Origin: Thermoproteota archaeon
Lineage (GTDB): Archaea > Thermoproteota > Methanomethylicia > Methanomethylicales > JAGHCH01
Direction of reading: 5' to 3'
Assembly: GCA_021160575.1 (NCBI GenBank)
Contig: JAGHCH010000008.1
Coordinates: 1-57,758 of the forward strand
DNA: 57,758 bases
The translations under genes and the position numbers were made by a program. Under the pieces are notes generated by a model. It saw only the letters and a list, made by a program, of their open reading frames with translations. It ran no database searches and had not been told where the DNA came from. This document shows, one piece after another, positions 33,577 to 41,960 of the stretch (positions within the stretch are counted from its first letter, which is position 1; each line of letters begins with the position of its first letter).

Positions 33577-35491
33577 GAAAAGTGCTATTCAAGCGCTTGA
33601 GCAGGTTTATGCAAAACTTGCCTACAAAAGAGTTAGAGATTGTAATCTCACAGTAAGCATTAATGGAACACTTCATGTTTTCACGTCTAATCATTTGAAG
33701 CTGTTGATGCGCATTAGGGAAACTTTAGATGAAATACGTGAAAACGCTAGGAAGAAAAGCAAGTGCGATAAATGCATAAGATCAGCTCTAGGAGAGAACT
33801 TAGTGCAAAACTTACAGGCATTAGCGAAGATATGCATTAGCAGCTTTCCATCAAGAGAGGTCAAGTGTAGAAAATGCTGGCTCGTGGAGGAAAAGGCGGC
33901 TCGACTACTTAATGAGGATTTCGCTGAGTACGCTAAGCTAATGACATCAGAGGAGAATTTGGTTAGAGCATTTTTAAATGCATTAAAACCATATATTATC
34001 GAATCGCCGCACGCATGCGTCCTTAAGCATTCAAAACTGGTGCGCAGCTACGAGATTTGGCCCTTTAAGATTTCTCTGTTAGAGGGGGATATCTTCACTG
34101 CATATATGAGCACTTTATGCGTGGCTCAAGAGATATGGTTGTTAATTGATGCAGTGACGCTGAAGACGCTAGAGAGGGAGGAAGAGGGAGGAGTAGATGG
34201 CTATCATCTCAGAGAAATTTTAGAGTCGAGGAAGGAGAAAGCGCTTGAAATTCTCAGAGAGCTATACAAGCATGGCTTCAAGTTGCCAGAGAACTGGCAG
34301 AAGCTTGGAGAGTTAGTAGCCTTTAGATCCTGTGGACTTGATGAGCTCTATCCACCACTGTTGGATGAGAGTGTAGAGGAGATCAACATCCTCAGCTTTG
34401 GAAAAACTACGTGGATACATCATAGCGAGCTGGGGGGATGCATCTACAACCGCCGAACCTATGATGCAGCTCAGCACTTAACTTCATTAGTAAAATTGGA
34501 GACGGGGATTCCCCTTGACGAAGAGAGACCTTACATCAAGGCAACTATACAAACTCATGATTTCAAGGCGAGAGTATCCATAGATATTCCACCCATTGCT
34601 GTTGATGGGTTGACTATCTCCATTAGGAAGTTCAGGGTAAAGCCATTCACTTTAGCGGAACTAATAGCTAGAGGCACTCTTACAGCAAAGGCAGCAGCGT
34701 ACCTTTTATGGAATCTCTACCATAGAAGGAACATCAGTATCGTAGGGGAGAGCGGGGCGGGGAAAACCACCCTAGCTGTTGCCTTAGATGCATTAAGCCC
34801 TCCTTGGAGGAAAATTTCGATAGAGGAGGAGGCTGTTGAAAACATTAGTCAAAGGGATTTTGGTATTGAACACGTTAGATACTTGACCTTAGCTTCAAAG
34901 CGAAGAGAAAGGGAGGCCGTACTCCTAAATATTCTGCACAAGTCCCCGGTATACGTATTCCTTGGAGAGGTATTGTACCCAGAGGATAGTAGAATGCTAT
35001 TTCACATGTTGGCGTCAGGCATCAAGTGCATCCACACGTGTCATGCTGAAGATGTGCCGCAACTGCTTAGCAAGTGGAAGAACTACCATGGAATTCCTGT
35101 GGAATCCCTGCTTGATCTAGATCTTTTAGTGGTTATGAAGAAAAGCCTTGGCAAACCAGTGTGCCGAAGAGTAGTGAAGATTTGCGAAATCGAGAAGAGA
35201 CTATATGGGGGGATGGTTGAAATTGTTGAGGTCTTTGTATTCAACCCCAATACCCAAGAACTTGAATGGAGGTTAGCGGGTATAGATAAAGCGCCCTCCA
35301 TTAGAAGAGCGATTGCAGAGGGTTATTCGCTCAGCACAATTCTAGAGGAGCTGGCATCGTATGAGAGAGCGCTTGAGCGCTACGCGTTGCTGAAAGAACA
35401 TAGCATGGAGGCTCTTCGAAGAGAACTTCTCGAGGTGAGAGAACGTGTTCTTTCTAAGAAAATTGAAGTGGGGGCGCAGGCGACCTTCTAG
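33542..35491 (+). CDS. type IV pilus / archaellum-family secretion ATPase (FlaI/TadA/VirB11-like) with extended Cys-containing N-terminal region
   Basis: RVSIDIPPIAVDGLTISIRKFRVKPFTLAELIARGTLTAKAAAYLLW, Walker A IVGESGAGKTTLAVAL, Walker B VFLGEV, and His box IHTCHAED. The N-terminus carries CDKC...CRKC. Confidence 0.85.
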   Translation: MKEMFLKRLGIEKSAIQALEQVYAKLAYKRVRDCNLTVSINGTLHVFTSNHLKLLMRIRETLDEIRENARKKSKCDKCIRSALGENLVQNLQALAKICISSFPSREVKCRKCWLVEEKAARLLNEDFAEYAKLMTSEENLVRAFLNALKPYIIESPHACVLKHSKLVRSYEIWPFKISLLEGDIFTAYMSTLCVAQEIWLLIDAVTLKTLEREEEGGVDGYHLREILESRKEKALEILRELYKHGFKLPENWQKLGELVAFRSCGLDELYPPLLDESVEEINILSFGKTTWIHHSELGGCIYNRRTYDAAQHLTSLVKLETGIPLDEERPYIKATIQTHDFKARVSIDIPPIAVDGLTISIRKFRVKPFTLAELIARGTLTAKAAAYLLWNLYHRRNISIVGESGAGKTTLAVALDALSPPWRKISIEEEAVENISQRDFGIEHVRYLTLASKRREREAVLLNILHKSPVYVFLGEVLYPEDSRMLFHMLASGIKCIHTCHAEDVPQLLSKWKNYHGIPVESLLDLDLLVVMKKSLGKPVCRRVVKICEIEKRLYGGMVEIVEVFVFNPNTQELEWRLAGIDKAPSIRRAIAEGYSLSTILEELASYERALERYALLKEHSMEALRRELLEVRERVLSKKIEVGAQATF

Positions 35492-35975
35492 CGCGCATGA
35501 TTTACGGAAAGAGTTCCTAGCATGTGCCATGATAACCACTGCTTTATCCTTGAAAATGCCCTGGACTAAGGCGCTTATAGCCGCTAGCAGCGTGCTCGAG
35601 AAGCGTTTCACTAAAGCACTTGTCAGGCTAAGAAGCGGAGAAGAGGATCTTAGGGTGTGGCTTGAGGAGGCGCCTAAAGCGGGATTCCAAAGATGGTTGG
35701 ATGTAGAAGCACTTTCTGTAGGCAGTGCTGAAGTGTCAAAGGAGGCGCTTAAGAGCCTCGAGGAGAGCCTTGTAAGAACAGCTAAAGCCAAATTTGAAAG
35801 AATGAAGCTGCTAACGCTGATTGTTGCTGCAACAGCATTTATTGCGCCAGCCCCATTAATCATAGGGCTATTTATCGCTACCGAGGCGCAGGCACCCGGT
35901 TCGGCAGTGCTGGCTCTACACATAGCAATCTTAGTCCTAGTTGCTAGAGCAATGCTCAGGAGGAGTAGTTCTTGA
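35445..35975 (+). CDS. T2SS-F/TadB-like platform protein (half-size)
   Basis: Helical cytoplasmic domain followed by LLTLIVAATAFIAPAPLIIGLFIA and AVLALHIAILVLVA. Lies adjacent to the ATPase. Start uncertain (ATG 35529 possible). Confidence 0.55.
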   Translation: MFFLRKLKWGRRRPSSAHDLRKEFLACAMITTALSLKMPWTKALIAASSVLEKRFTKALVRLRSGEEDLRVWLEEAPKAGFQRWLDVEALSVGSAEVSKEALKSLEESLVRTAKAKFERMKLLTLIVAATAFIAPAPLIIGLFIATEAQAPGSAVLALHIAILVLVARAMLRRSSS

Positions 35976-36730
35976 CTAGAAAGATCACTTCTTTTATCTG
36001 CGCATTAGCTTTCTCTGTGGAGATGCTGATATCAACGGGCATGCTATTCTTCGCATCAGCGGTGGGGATCACGGTCTTTGTAGCCGTAGAAAGGGGATTA
36101 GCACTCCTAGAGAGGGAACTGCTCAAAGAGATGTACTGGCTGAAAAGACCAAGCACCAGCTGCTTGAGAAGACTAGGGATTCTCTTGAAACTGCTAAGAG
36201 AATACAGCTTTGAGAGAGCACTTTTAGCGGCTACACAGCCTAATGAAACCACATTAAAGGTGAAGCTTAGATCTGGAGAAATCATGGAAAGGCTCTTTGA
36301 TGACTTAGACTCTGAAGAGAGAGTGATCTTAATGAACCTCTTAGAACTTGCAAGGAGGGATGCAAGGAAGGCCTCTATTTATGCAAGGGAACTTTACAAG
36401 ACCTTGTCAAGACTTGATAGAGCTGCACAATGCTTCGAAGAGTGGAGGAAAATTCTTTCAATGAGAGCGAAACTCCTCATCGCTGCATTCTCTACGACTT
36501 TAGGTTTTCTCTCGGTGCTTATTCCTATCATACTGCATGCATCAAAGATCGCTTTTAGCATGTCAAATTGCTTGTCACTATTGCTAACACTCTACGCCGT
36601 GGCAAGTGTCTCGGCCCATGTAATCTCAAGCATAGCGGGAGGATTTGGCAGGAATCTCGCTTTAGCAACTACTTGTTATGTTTCTTCAGCCATAATGGCA
36701 TGGAGCTTAACAGCCCCTCTAAGCTTTTAA
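35972..36730 (+). CDS. T2SS-F/TadC/FlaJ-like platform protein (half-size)
   Basis: N-terminal TM pair, a helical cytoplasmic domain of about 120 aa, then three C-terminal TM segments (the GspF/FlaJ topology). Its start overlaps the previous stop by 4 nt. Confidence 0.55.
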   Translation: MTRKITSFICALAFSVEMLISTGMLFFASAVGITVFVAVERGLALLERELLKEMYWLKRPSTSCLRRLGILLKLLREYSFERALLAATQPNETTLKVKLRSGEIMERLFDDLDSEERVILMNLLELARRDARKASIYARELYKTLSRLDRAAQCFEEWRKILSMRAKLLIAAFSTTLGFLSVLIPIILHASKIAFSMSNCLSLLLTLYAVASVSAHVISSIAGGFGRNLALATTCYVSSAIMAWSLTAPLSF

Positions 36731-36759
36731 ATAGAAAGCTCATTCTCTGGGGGATCAAA

Positions 36760-36990
36760 TTGAAGAAGCTAAGGGAATGGCTTAGGGATAGAAGGGGATC
36801 ACCACTAGTCGAAGAAGCGCTGTTGCTGGGAATCGCCGCCATAACGCTATCCATAGTGCTCTCCATGATAGCAGGCTTTCTATCATCCGTCCAAGGGGTA
36901 TTTGATGTTAACCTAGCGAACTTTGACGCCATAAAAGAGCAGCTTAAGCAGGCTTGGGAGACACTAATAAAGTTCTTTAGACTAGGCTGA
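36760..36990 (+). CDS. Flp-like / archaeal type IV prepilin (76 aa)
   Basis: From TTG 36760 (GGGGG SD 8 nt upstream): (M)KKLREWLRDRRG/SPLVEEALLLGIAAITLSIVLSMIAGFL. This gives a basic leader, a Gly, a Glu at +5/+6, and a hydrophobic helix. The listed ORF 36568..36990 extends upstream into the previous gene. Confidence 0.6.
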   Translation: MKKLREWLRDRRGSPLVEEALLLGIAAITLSIVLSMIAGFLSSVQGVFDVNLANFDAIKEQLKQAWETLIKFFRLG

Positions 36991-36995
36991 GAGGG

Positions 36996-38807
36996 ATGTC
37001 CAGCAGAGGTAGGGGTAAAAGCGACTTAGTGGCAGCGCTCATAGGGCTGGCCGTGCTTCTGGGCTTGAGATACTACAGAGAAGCTCTTTGGCTTTTCAAC
37101 ATTGAAGTACCGTGGAAGTTAGCTATAATGGTCGGCGGAATAATCGTAGCTGCGCTGCTGCTCTGGAGGAAAAGCGAAATCTTCAGGGTCCTTGTGAAAG
37201 GTAAACCTAGGAGGGGTAGGACCTCCATAGTTTCTGATAAAGGAGCAATTATTGCACCTGATGGAGGTCGCTATAGAGCCTACATGGCTTTTACAGCCTC
37301 CAGCGATGGAGGAGGGGAGAAATTTCTTGAAAGTCTTGACCGAGCAGGAATTCCATTTCTCTATTTGTATGCATCACCAAATGCTGCAGAACATGGAGGA
37401 GGAAACTCCCTTATACTGCTCTGCTCCAAGCCCTCTAAGGACGTGTTTAGATGCTTAGAGGAAGTTGAGCACTTAGCGAGGCAGGTGGAGGCTCTGGCAA
37501 GCGCTATGGATGAAAATGTCCAGCTAAGCTTAGTTCGGCTCGGCGGCATTGACGATCTACTGAATCTCTGGAGAATACGGGAAGTGCATGGTCAGAACTC
37601 CGGTGAGAAAAGTCTACTGAGGCCAAAAATTAAGCCCAGGTGCTACCTTGGAAACCTTGACGAGACATTACTCCTAGGAAGGGTGAGCTTTGGAGGAAAA
37701 ACAGGCCACTCAGTATTCTTGCCTAAGAGGGAGATTCTCCGGCATACAGCGATCTTTGGAGCCACAGGCTCCGGGAAGACCACGACTGCTGCCACAATAC
37801 TGGTAAAACTGCTTGAAAAGGGAGTTAATGTTCTCGTCATTGACTGGCATGGAGAATACTGTGAACTTGTTAAGAAAGTAGGAGGAGATATTTTTACACC
37901 AGGAGGGGAAGAGCACCCGATAGTTTTGAATCCCTTCGAGCTAATACAGGGCGCAGACGTCGAAGAAAGCTTGGATCTCTTCGTGGACTTTTTCAGCGAT
38001 CTCTTCCACCTATCACATGCACAAGTATTCATGTTAAAGGAAGCTGTTCGAAACGCTTACGAGAGTGCACTTGCAAGGGGGAGTCCTCCGACGCTTGCAG
38101 ATGTTATCCAAGAAGTTGGAATGATCCCTATAAGGTCAGGTTGGGATCACGAGACAAAAATGGCGCTTCTAAGAAGACTAAAGAAGTTAACTGAAGGGAA
38201 GGCGGGGAAAGCTCTTAATGGGCCTTCGACAGCGGATTTACATCAGCTCTTCAGCGGCTTTAAAGTTGTGGATCTAAGCAACTTAGGCGACTTGACCGTG
38301 AGAAGTGTTGTGGCTGCGACTATCTTGAAGCTAGCCTACGACTACTTCACTGCTCTTGGAGGCTCTGAAGATTTAAGACAAGTGATAGTGGTTGAGGAAG
38401 CCTCTAACATCATGCCACCCAGGAGAAGGGAAGACCCCCCAGGGGTAGGAGAGAGGGTGCTAATGGAGTTAAGGAAATACGGAGTTGGCATGATCATCTT
38501 AGCTCAATCTCCAGCAGCTGTTTCAAGTGAAGTATTGAAGAACACTTCAATAAAAATCGTGCATGCTTTGAGGAGCAGTGAAGATTTGAGAGCTCTGCCT
38601 AGCTTAATGTTGGCTGAAGATGAAATTAAGCAGAGAGTTTTGAAGCTGAGTCCCGGAGAAGCTCTCGTAGTGAGTCCAAGCTATCCGGAGCCAGTAGTCG
38701 TGCGTATTGAGCCACCTGAAGTTATATGGGAGGGTTCTCCGAAAAGAAACGGTTTAACAGCTTTTTCTGAGCTAACTCGGCTAGCCAGTTTACTTGACCA
38801 GGCCTGA
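36996..38807 (+). CDS. membrane-anchored HerA/FtsK/VirB4-superfamily ATPase (DUF87; CedB-like)
   Basis: Two N-terminal TM segments (LVAALIGLAVLLGL, LAIMVGGIIVAALLLW), Walker A AIFGATGSGKTTTAA, and Walker B VIVVEEASNIM. Confidence 0.8.
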   Translation: MSSRGRGKSDLVAALIGLAVLLGLRYYREALWLFNIEVPWKLAIMVGGIIVAALLLWRKSEIFRVLVKGKPRRGRTSIVSDKGAIIAPDGGRYRAYMAFTASSDGGGEKFLESLDRAGIPFLYLYASPNAAEHGGGNSLILLCSKPSKDVFRCLEEVEHLARQVEALASAMDENVQLSLVRLGGIDDLLNLWRIREVHGQNSGEKSLLRPKIKPRCYLGNLDETLLLGRVSFGGKTGHSVFLPKREILRHTAIFGATGSGKTTTAATILVKLLEKGVNVLVIDWHGEYCELVKKVGGDIFTPGGEEHPIVLNPFELIQGADVEESLDLFVDFFSDLFHLSHAQVFMLKEAVRNAYESALARGSPPTLADVIQEVGMIPIRSGWDHETKMALLRRLKKLTEGKAGKALNGPSTADLHQLFSGFKVVDLSNLGDLTVRSVVAATILKLAYDYFTALGGSEDLRQVIVVEEASNIMPPRRREDPPGVGERVLMELRKYGVGMIILAQSPAAVSSEVLKNTSIKIVHALRSSEDLRALPSLMLAEDEIKQRVLKLSPGEALVVSPSYPEPVVVRIEPPEVIWEGSPKRNGLTAFSELTRLASLLDQA

Positions 38808-39315
38808 AGTTGGAGCCCCCTTTCTCAATAGCTTCTACGGCAATCTTGAGCAGCTCTTCAGGGGACTTCCCAGTGGCATCCACTTCTCGCACCAGATTCT
38901 CACCATAAGCTTCAACAGCTGCTATTAAGCAGTGATCCAAGATTTCAGAGGCAACATTTTCAAGGACTTTTCTCCTAGACCAGCCTAGCGACAACAGCCG
39001 CTTCTCTAGCACTAAAGGATGCAAGCGGAGGACTAGAGCTGCTTTAACAAGGTGCCTAGGCGTTATATCAGCGAAGTGGCCTTCAACGATCACCAGCCCA
39101 TGATGTTCCGCCACGATCCCCTCAATAGCTTTCGCAACCCTATCTTCATCCACTATTAGGGAATCCCTTTCTTCATCAACTCCCAAAATCAGCTCCTTTT
39201 CTCTTACCATGGAGCTCAAGTCTATGTGCCTAGCTTGATAATGCTTAGCCAAAAGCCTAGAAAGCGTGGTCTTCCCCACTCCAGGGGTTCCTATTACAAC
39301 TATGGCTTTACCCAA
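38722..39315 (-). CDS. fap7: Fap7/AK6-type nucleoside kinase (adenylate kinase isoenzyme 6 homologue)
   Basis: IVVIGTPGVGKTTLSRLLA and the Fap7-like length and layout. Its 3' end overlaps the convergent ATPase gene by 86 nt. Confidence 0.75.
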   Translation of the reverse strand: MGKAIVVIGTPGVGKTTLSRLLAKHYQARHIDLSSMVREKELILGVDEERDSLIVDEDRVAKAIEGIVAEHHGLVIVEGHFADITPRHLVKAALVLRLHPLVLEKRLLSLGWSRRKVLENVASEILDHCLIAAVEAYGENLVREVDATGKSPEELLKIAVEAIEKGGSNFRPGQVNWLAELAQKKLLNRFFSENPPI

Positions 39316-39371
39316 GTATAGCCCTCAAAAAGAGAGAATCGGAGGAGGATAAAAAGAGCTTAGGTTGGAGG

Positions 39372-41045
39372 TTAGTCGAACTCTCCAGCTCCCGACTCAG
39401 AGGGCTTCTCAGGAACCTTTGGCTTGCTTTCAGTCTTGGAGGCGGCGATGATGTCATCAATTCTCAAGATCATGGCTGCAGCTTCGACAGCGGAGCGTGT
39501 GGCATGAGTCTTAACGGCGAGAGGCTCGATCACGCCTAGCTCCACCATGTTGGCTGGCTTGCCCTTGAAGACGTCGATGCCAGCCCACACCTCTCCCCTC
39601 TCATGCAGCGAGCGTAGCTCCACTAGGATGTCAATGGGGTCTAGACCGGCGTTCTCTGCCAGCGTTCTAGGTATGATCTCAAGAGCATCGGCAAAGGCCT
39701 CGATGGCCAACTGCTCCCTACCTCCGACGCTAGCAGCATACTCGCGGATATGCTTAGCAGCTTCCATCTCACAAGCGCCACCGCCTCCCACAATCCTGCC
39801 ATCCTCAACCACATCGGCTACCACGGAGAGAGCATCGTGTATAGCGCGTTCAGCTTCGTCTACAATGCGCTCCAAGCCTCCTCTAAGCAAGATGCTGACA
39901 GCCCTTGGGTTCTTGCAGCCCTCCACGAAGACCAACTTGTCATCAGCGATCTTCCGCTCCTCAACCAGCTGAGCCTCTCCAAGATCCTTCTCGGTGAGAT
40001 CCTCGAGATTCGTTACTATCCTAGCGCCAGTAGCCCTCGCCAGCTTCTCCATGTCAGACTTCTTAACTCTTCTAACAGCTAGGATGCCCTCCTTCGCTAG
40101 GAAGTGCTGCGCAACGTCGTCGATGCCCTTCTGGCAGAACACCACATTGGCGCCAGTAGCCTTGATCTTGTTGACCATCTCGCGTAGAAGTTGCTCCTCC
40201 TCCTCGAGGAAAGCCTTCATCTGTGAAGGATCGCTGATCCTGATCTCAGCGTCGATCTCAGTTTTCTCGATTTCGAGTGGGCAGTCGAGCAGGGCGATCT
40301 TGGCGTTTTCAACGCGCTTCGGCATGCCTGGATGAACCACTTCTTTGTCCACGATTACACCGAAGATCAGCTGGGTATCTCCTAAGCTGCCTCCATGCTT
40401 CTTGATGATCTGAACGTAGTCTATGTCAGCGACGTAGCGATCGCCGCGCTTCTCGGCAATTTGCTTGACGGCTTTAACTGCGTATTCAGCGAACATATCT
40501 TGAACTCCAGCCACCGTCTTGCTGTTCATGGCGGTGTAAGCTATCTTCTTCAATGTTTCTTCATCGTTGATGTCCACCTTAATGGCAGCCTTCTCCAGCA
40601 CCTCGATAGCCTTGTCGGCAGCCTTTTTATAGCCCTCAATGATCACTGTCGGGTGAATATTCTTTTCCAGTAGCTCCTCAGCTTTTCTGAGAAGCTCTCC
40701 AGCAAGCACCACTGAGGTAGTTGTTCCATCGCCAACTTCTTCATCTTGAGATTTAGCGATTTCAACCATCATCTTAGCAGCAGGATGCTGAACTTCGATT
40801 TCACCTAGGATAGTGGCGCCATCGTTGGTTACCGTGACGTCACCTAGCGTGTCAACGAGCATCTTGTCCATGCCACGGGGGCCGAGAGTGGTTCTCACAG
40901 CTTCAGCTATGGCTCTGGCAGCCATGATGTTGGCTCGCTGAGCTTCTTTACCAACTGTTCTCTGAGTGCCTTCTTTAAGGATAAGTACTGGCACTCCACC
41001 AAGTTGGCCCACAGCAGCTTGACTTGCAGCAGCCATTAAGATCAC
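39372..41045 (-). CDS. ths: thermosome subunit (group II chaperonin)
   Basis: [22 protein letters not shown] and [15 protein letters not shown] are colinear with CCT/thermosome. 557 aa. Confidence 0.95.
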   Translation of the reverse strand: MILMAAASQAAVGQLGGVPVLILKEGTQRTVGKEAQRANIMAARAIAEAVRTTLGPRGMDKMLVDTLGDVTVTNDGATILGEIEVQHPAAKMMVEIAKSQDEEVGDGTTTSVVLAGELLRKAEELLEKNIHPTVIIEGYKKAADKAIEVLEKAAIKVDINDEETLKKIAYTAMNSKTVAGVQDMFAEYAVKAVKQIAEKRGDRYVADIDYVQIIKKHGGSLGDTQLIFGVIVDKEVVHPGMPKRVENAKIALLDCPLEIEKTEIDAEIRISDPSQMKAFLEEEEQLLREMVNKIKATGANVVFCQKGIDDVAQHFLAKEGILAVRRVKKSDMEKLARATGARIVTNLEDLTEKDLGEAQLVEERKIADDKLVFVEGCKNPRAVSILLRGGLERIVDEAERAIHDALSVVADVVEDGRIVGGGGACEMEAAKHIREYAASVGGREQLAIEAFADALEIIPRTLAENAGLDPIDILVELRSLHERGEVWAGIDVFKGKPANMVELGVIEPLAVKTHATRSAVEAAAMILRIDDIIAASKTESKPKVPEKPSESGAGEFD

Positions 41046-41137
41046 CCTCCTTAGACAGTAAATGCTGGGCAGAGAGCCCTTTCAAGGAGCGAGAGGAGAT
41101 TGGTTTGCACTTCTATATATTCTTTTCTCAACATGAA

Positions 41138-41362
41138 CTAGCGGATCCGCACAGCTCTTTTCGCAGCTAGCTTTACATCATCAGCCAAGACTGTGCGCCT
41201 TCCAGCATGCTTAGAGAGTTCAACTGCTTCTTGAGCGATCTCCAAGGCAATATCCTCCACTATTTCCCTAAAAACTCGGGATGCCTCATCGCTAACTCTG
41301 TGCGCTCCAGCCTTCTTCAAAATCCTCTCGAAGGGGGAGAGAGCAAACTCGCTTTCGCTCAT
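41138..41362 (-). CDS. archaeal histone (HMf family)
   Basis: 74 aa. LSPFERILKKAGAHRVSDEASRVFREIVEDIALEIAQEAVELSKHAGRRTVLADDVKLA is a histone fold. Confidence 0.88.
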   Translation of the reverse strand: MSESEFALSPFERILKKAGAHRVSDEASRVFREIVEDIALEIAQEAVELSKHAGRRTVLADDVKLAAKRAVRIR

Positions 41363-41484
41363 CGCCTTTCACCACCGCTAAGAAAATGGTGGAGGAAAGC
41401 CAATATAAGTTACCCCCAAAGAACAAGGGAAAGCCTATTAAGGGAGACCTTAATTCAGTCTTGGCGACGCAAGGGGGTCACATA

Positions 41485-41820
41485 TTGGGCAAGGTGAGGC
41501 CTAAGAAGGTCAAGGCGATCGCTAGAGAACTTGTGATGAAATATGCAGACCAGTTCGCTCAAGACTTCGACCAGAACAAAGAAGTAGCGAAGCTCCTCAC
41601 AAACATCACCGCAAAAAGACTGCTAAATCAGGTTGCTGGGTATGTAACGAGGATCATGAGGAGCCAGATCATGCAGAGGAGGCTTGTAGCATCGGCGCAG
41701 CTAACAGCAGCTCTTGAAGGAAGGGAGCTGCCAGAAAAGCTATCAGCTATTGGAGCTGTAGCTAGTGCGCCTGCCGCTGAGGAAACATCAGAGGAGCAAT
41801 CCGAGTCTTCTTCTGGCTAG
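41485..41820 (+). CDS. rps17e: ribosomal protein eS17 with acidic/Ala-rich C-terminal extension of about 45 aa
   Basis: (M)GKVRPKKVKAIARELVMKYADQFAQDFDQNKEVAKLLTNITAKRLLNQVAGYVTRIM matches eS17. The TTG at 41485 has GGGGGT 8 nt upstream. The ORF track starts at 41386. Confidence 0.8.
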   Translation: MGKVRPKKVKAIARELVMKYADQFAQDFDQNKEVAKLLTNITAKRLLNQVAGYVTRIMRSQIMQRRLVASAQLTAALEGRELPEKLSAIGAVASAPAAEETSEEQSESSSG

Positions 41821-41875
41821 CTAGCTTTTACATAATAATAAGTTTTTAAAGATGGGGCTTTCTCTATATCTTGGT

Positions 41876-41939
41876 GCGGGATGAAGTAGTTGACCTGCTC
41901 TGATCATTGATGAGGAAAATGCACCTCCTCGGACCGCCC
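41876..41939 (+). ncRNA. candidate C/D-box sRNA (imperfect terminal boxes)
   Basis: GCGG-GAUGAAG-12nt-CUGA(41900)-UCAU-UGAUGA(41908)-GGAAAAUGCACC-...CGGA-CCGC. The internal D'/C' pair is perfect, and a terminal stem GCGG/CCGC is possible. The C box (GAUGAAG) and D box (CGGA) deviate from RUGAUGA/CUGA. An AT-rich TATA-like tract at 41826-41850 lies about 30 nt upstream. Confidence 0.3.
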
Positions 41940-41960
41940 TAATTGTGGAGATGATGGCTG

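Noticed and set aside
39547-40673. Four + strand ORFs (92-141 aa) inside the thermosome gene.
   Set aside because: They are antisense shadows of a highly expressed, strongly codon-biased gene. Their sequences are Ser/Ala/Leu-rich with no motifs.
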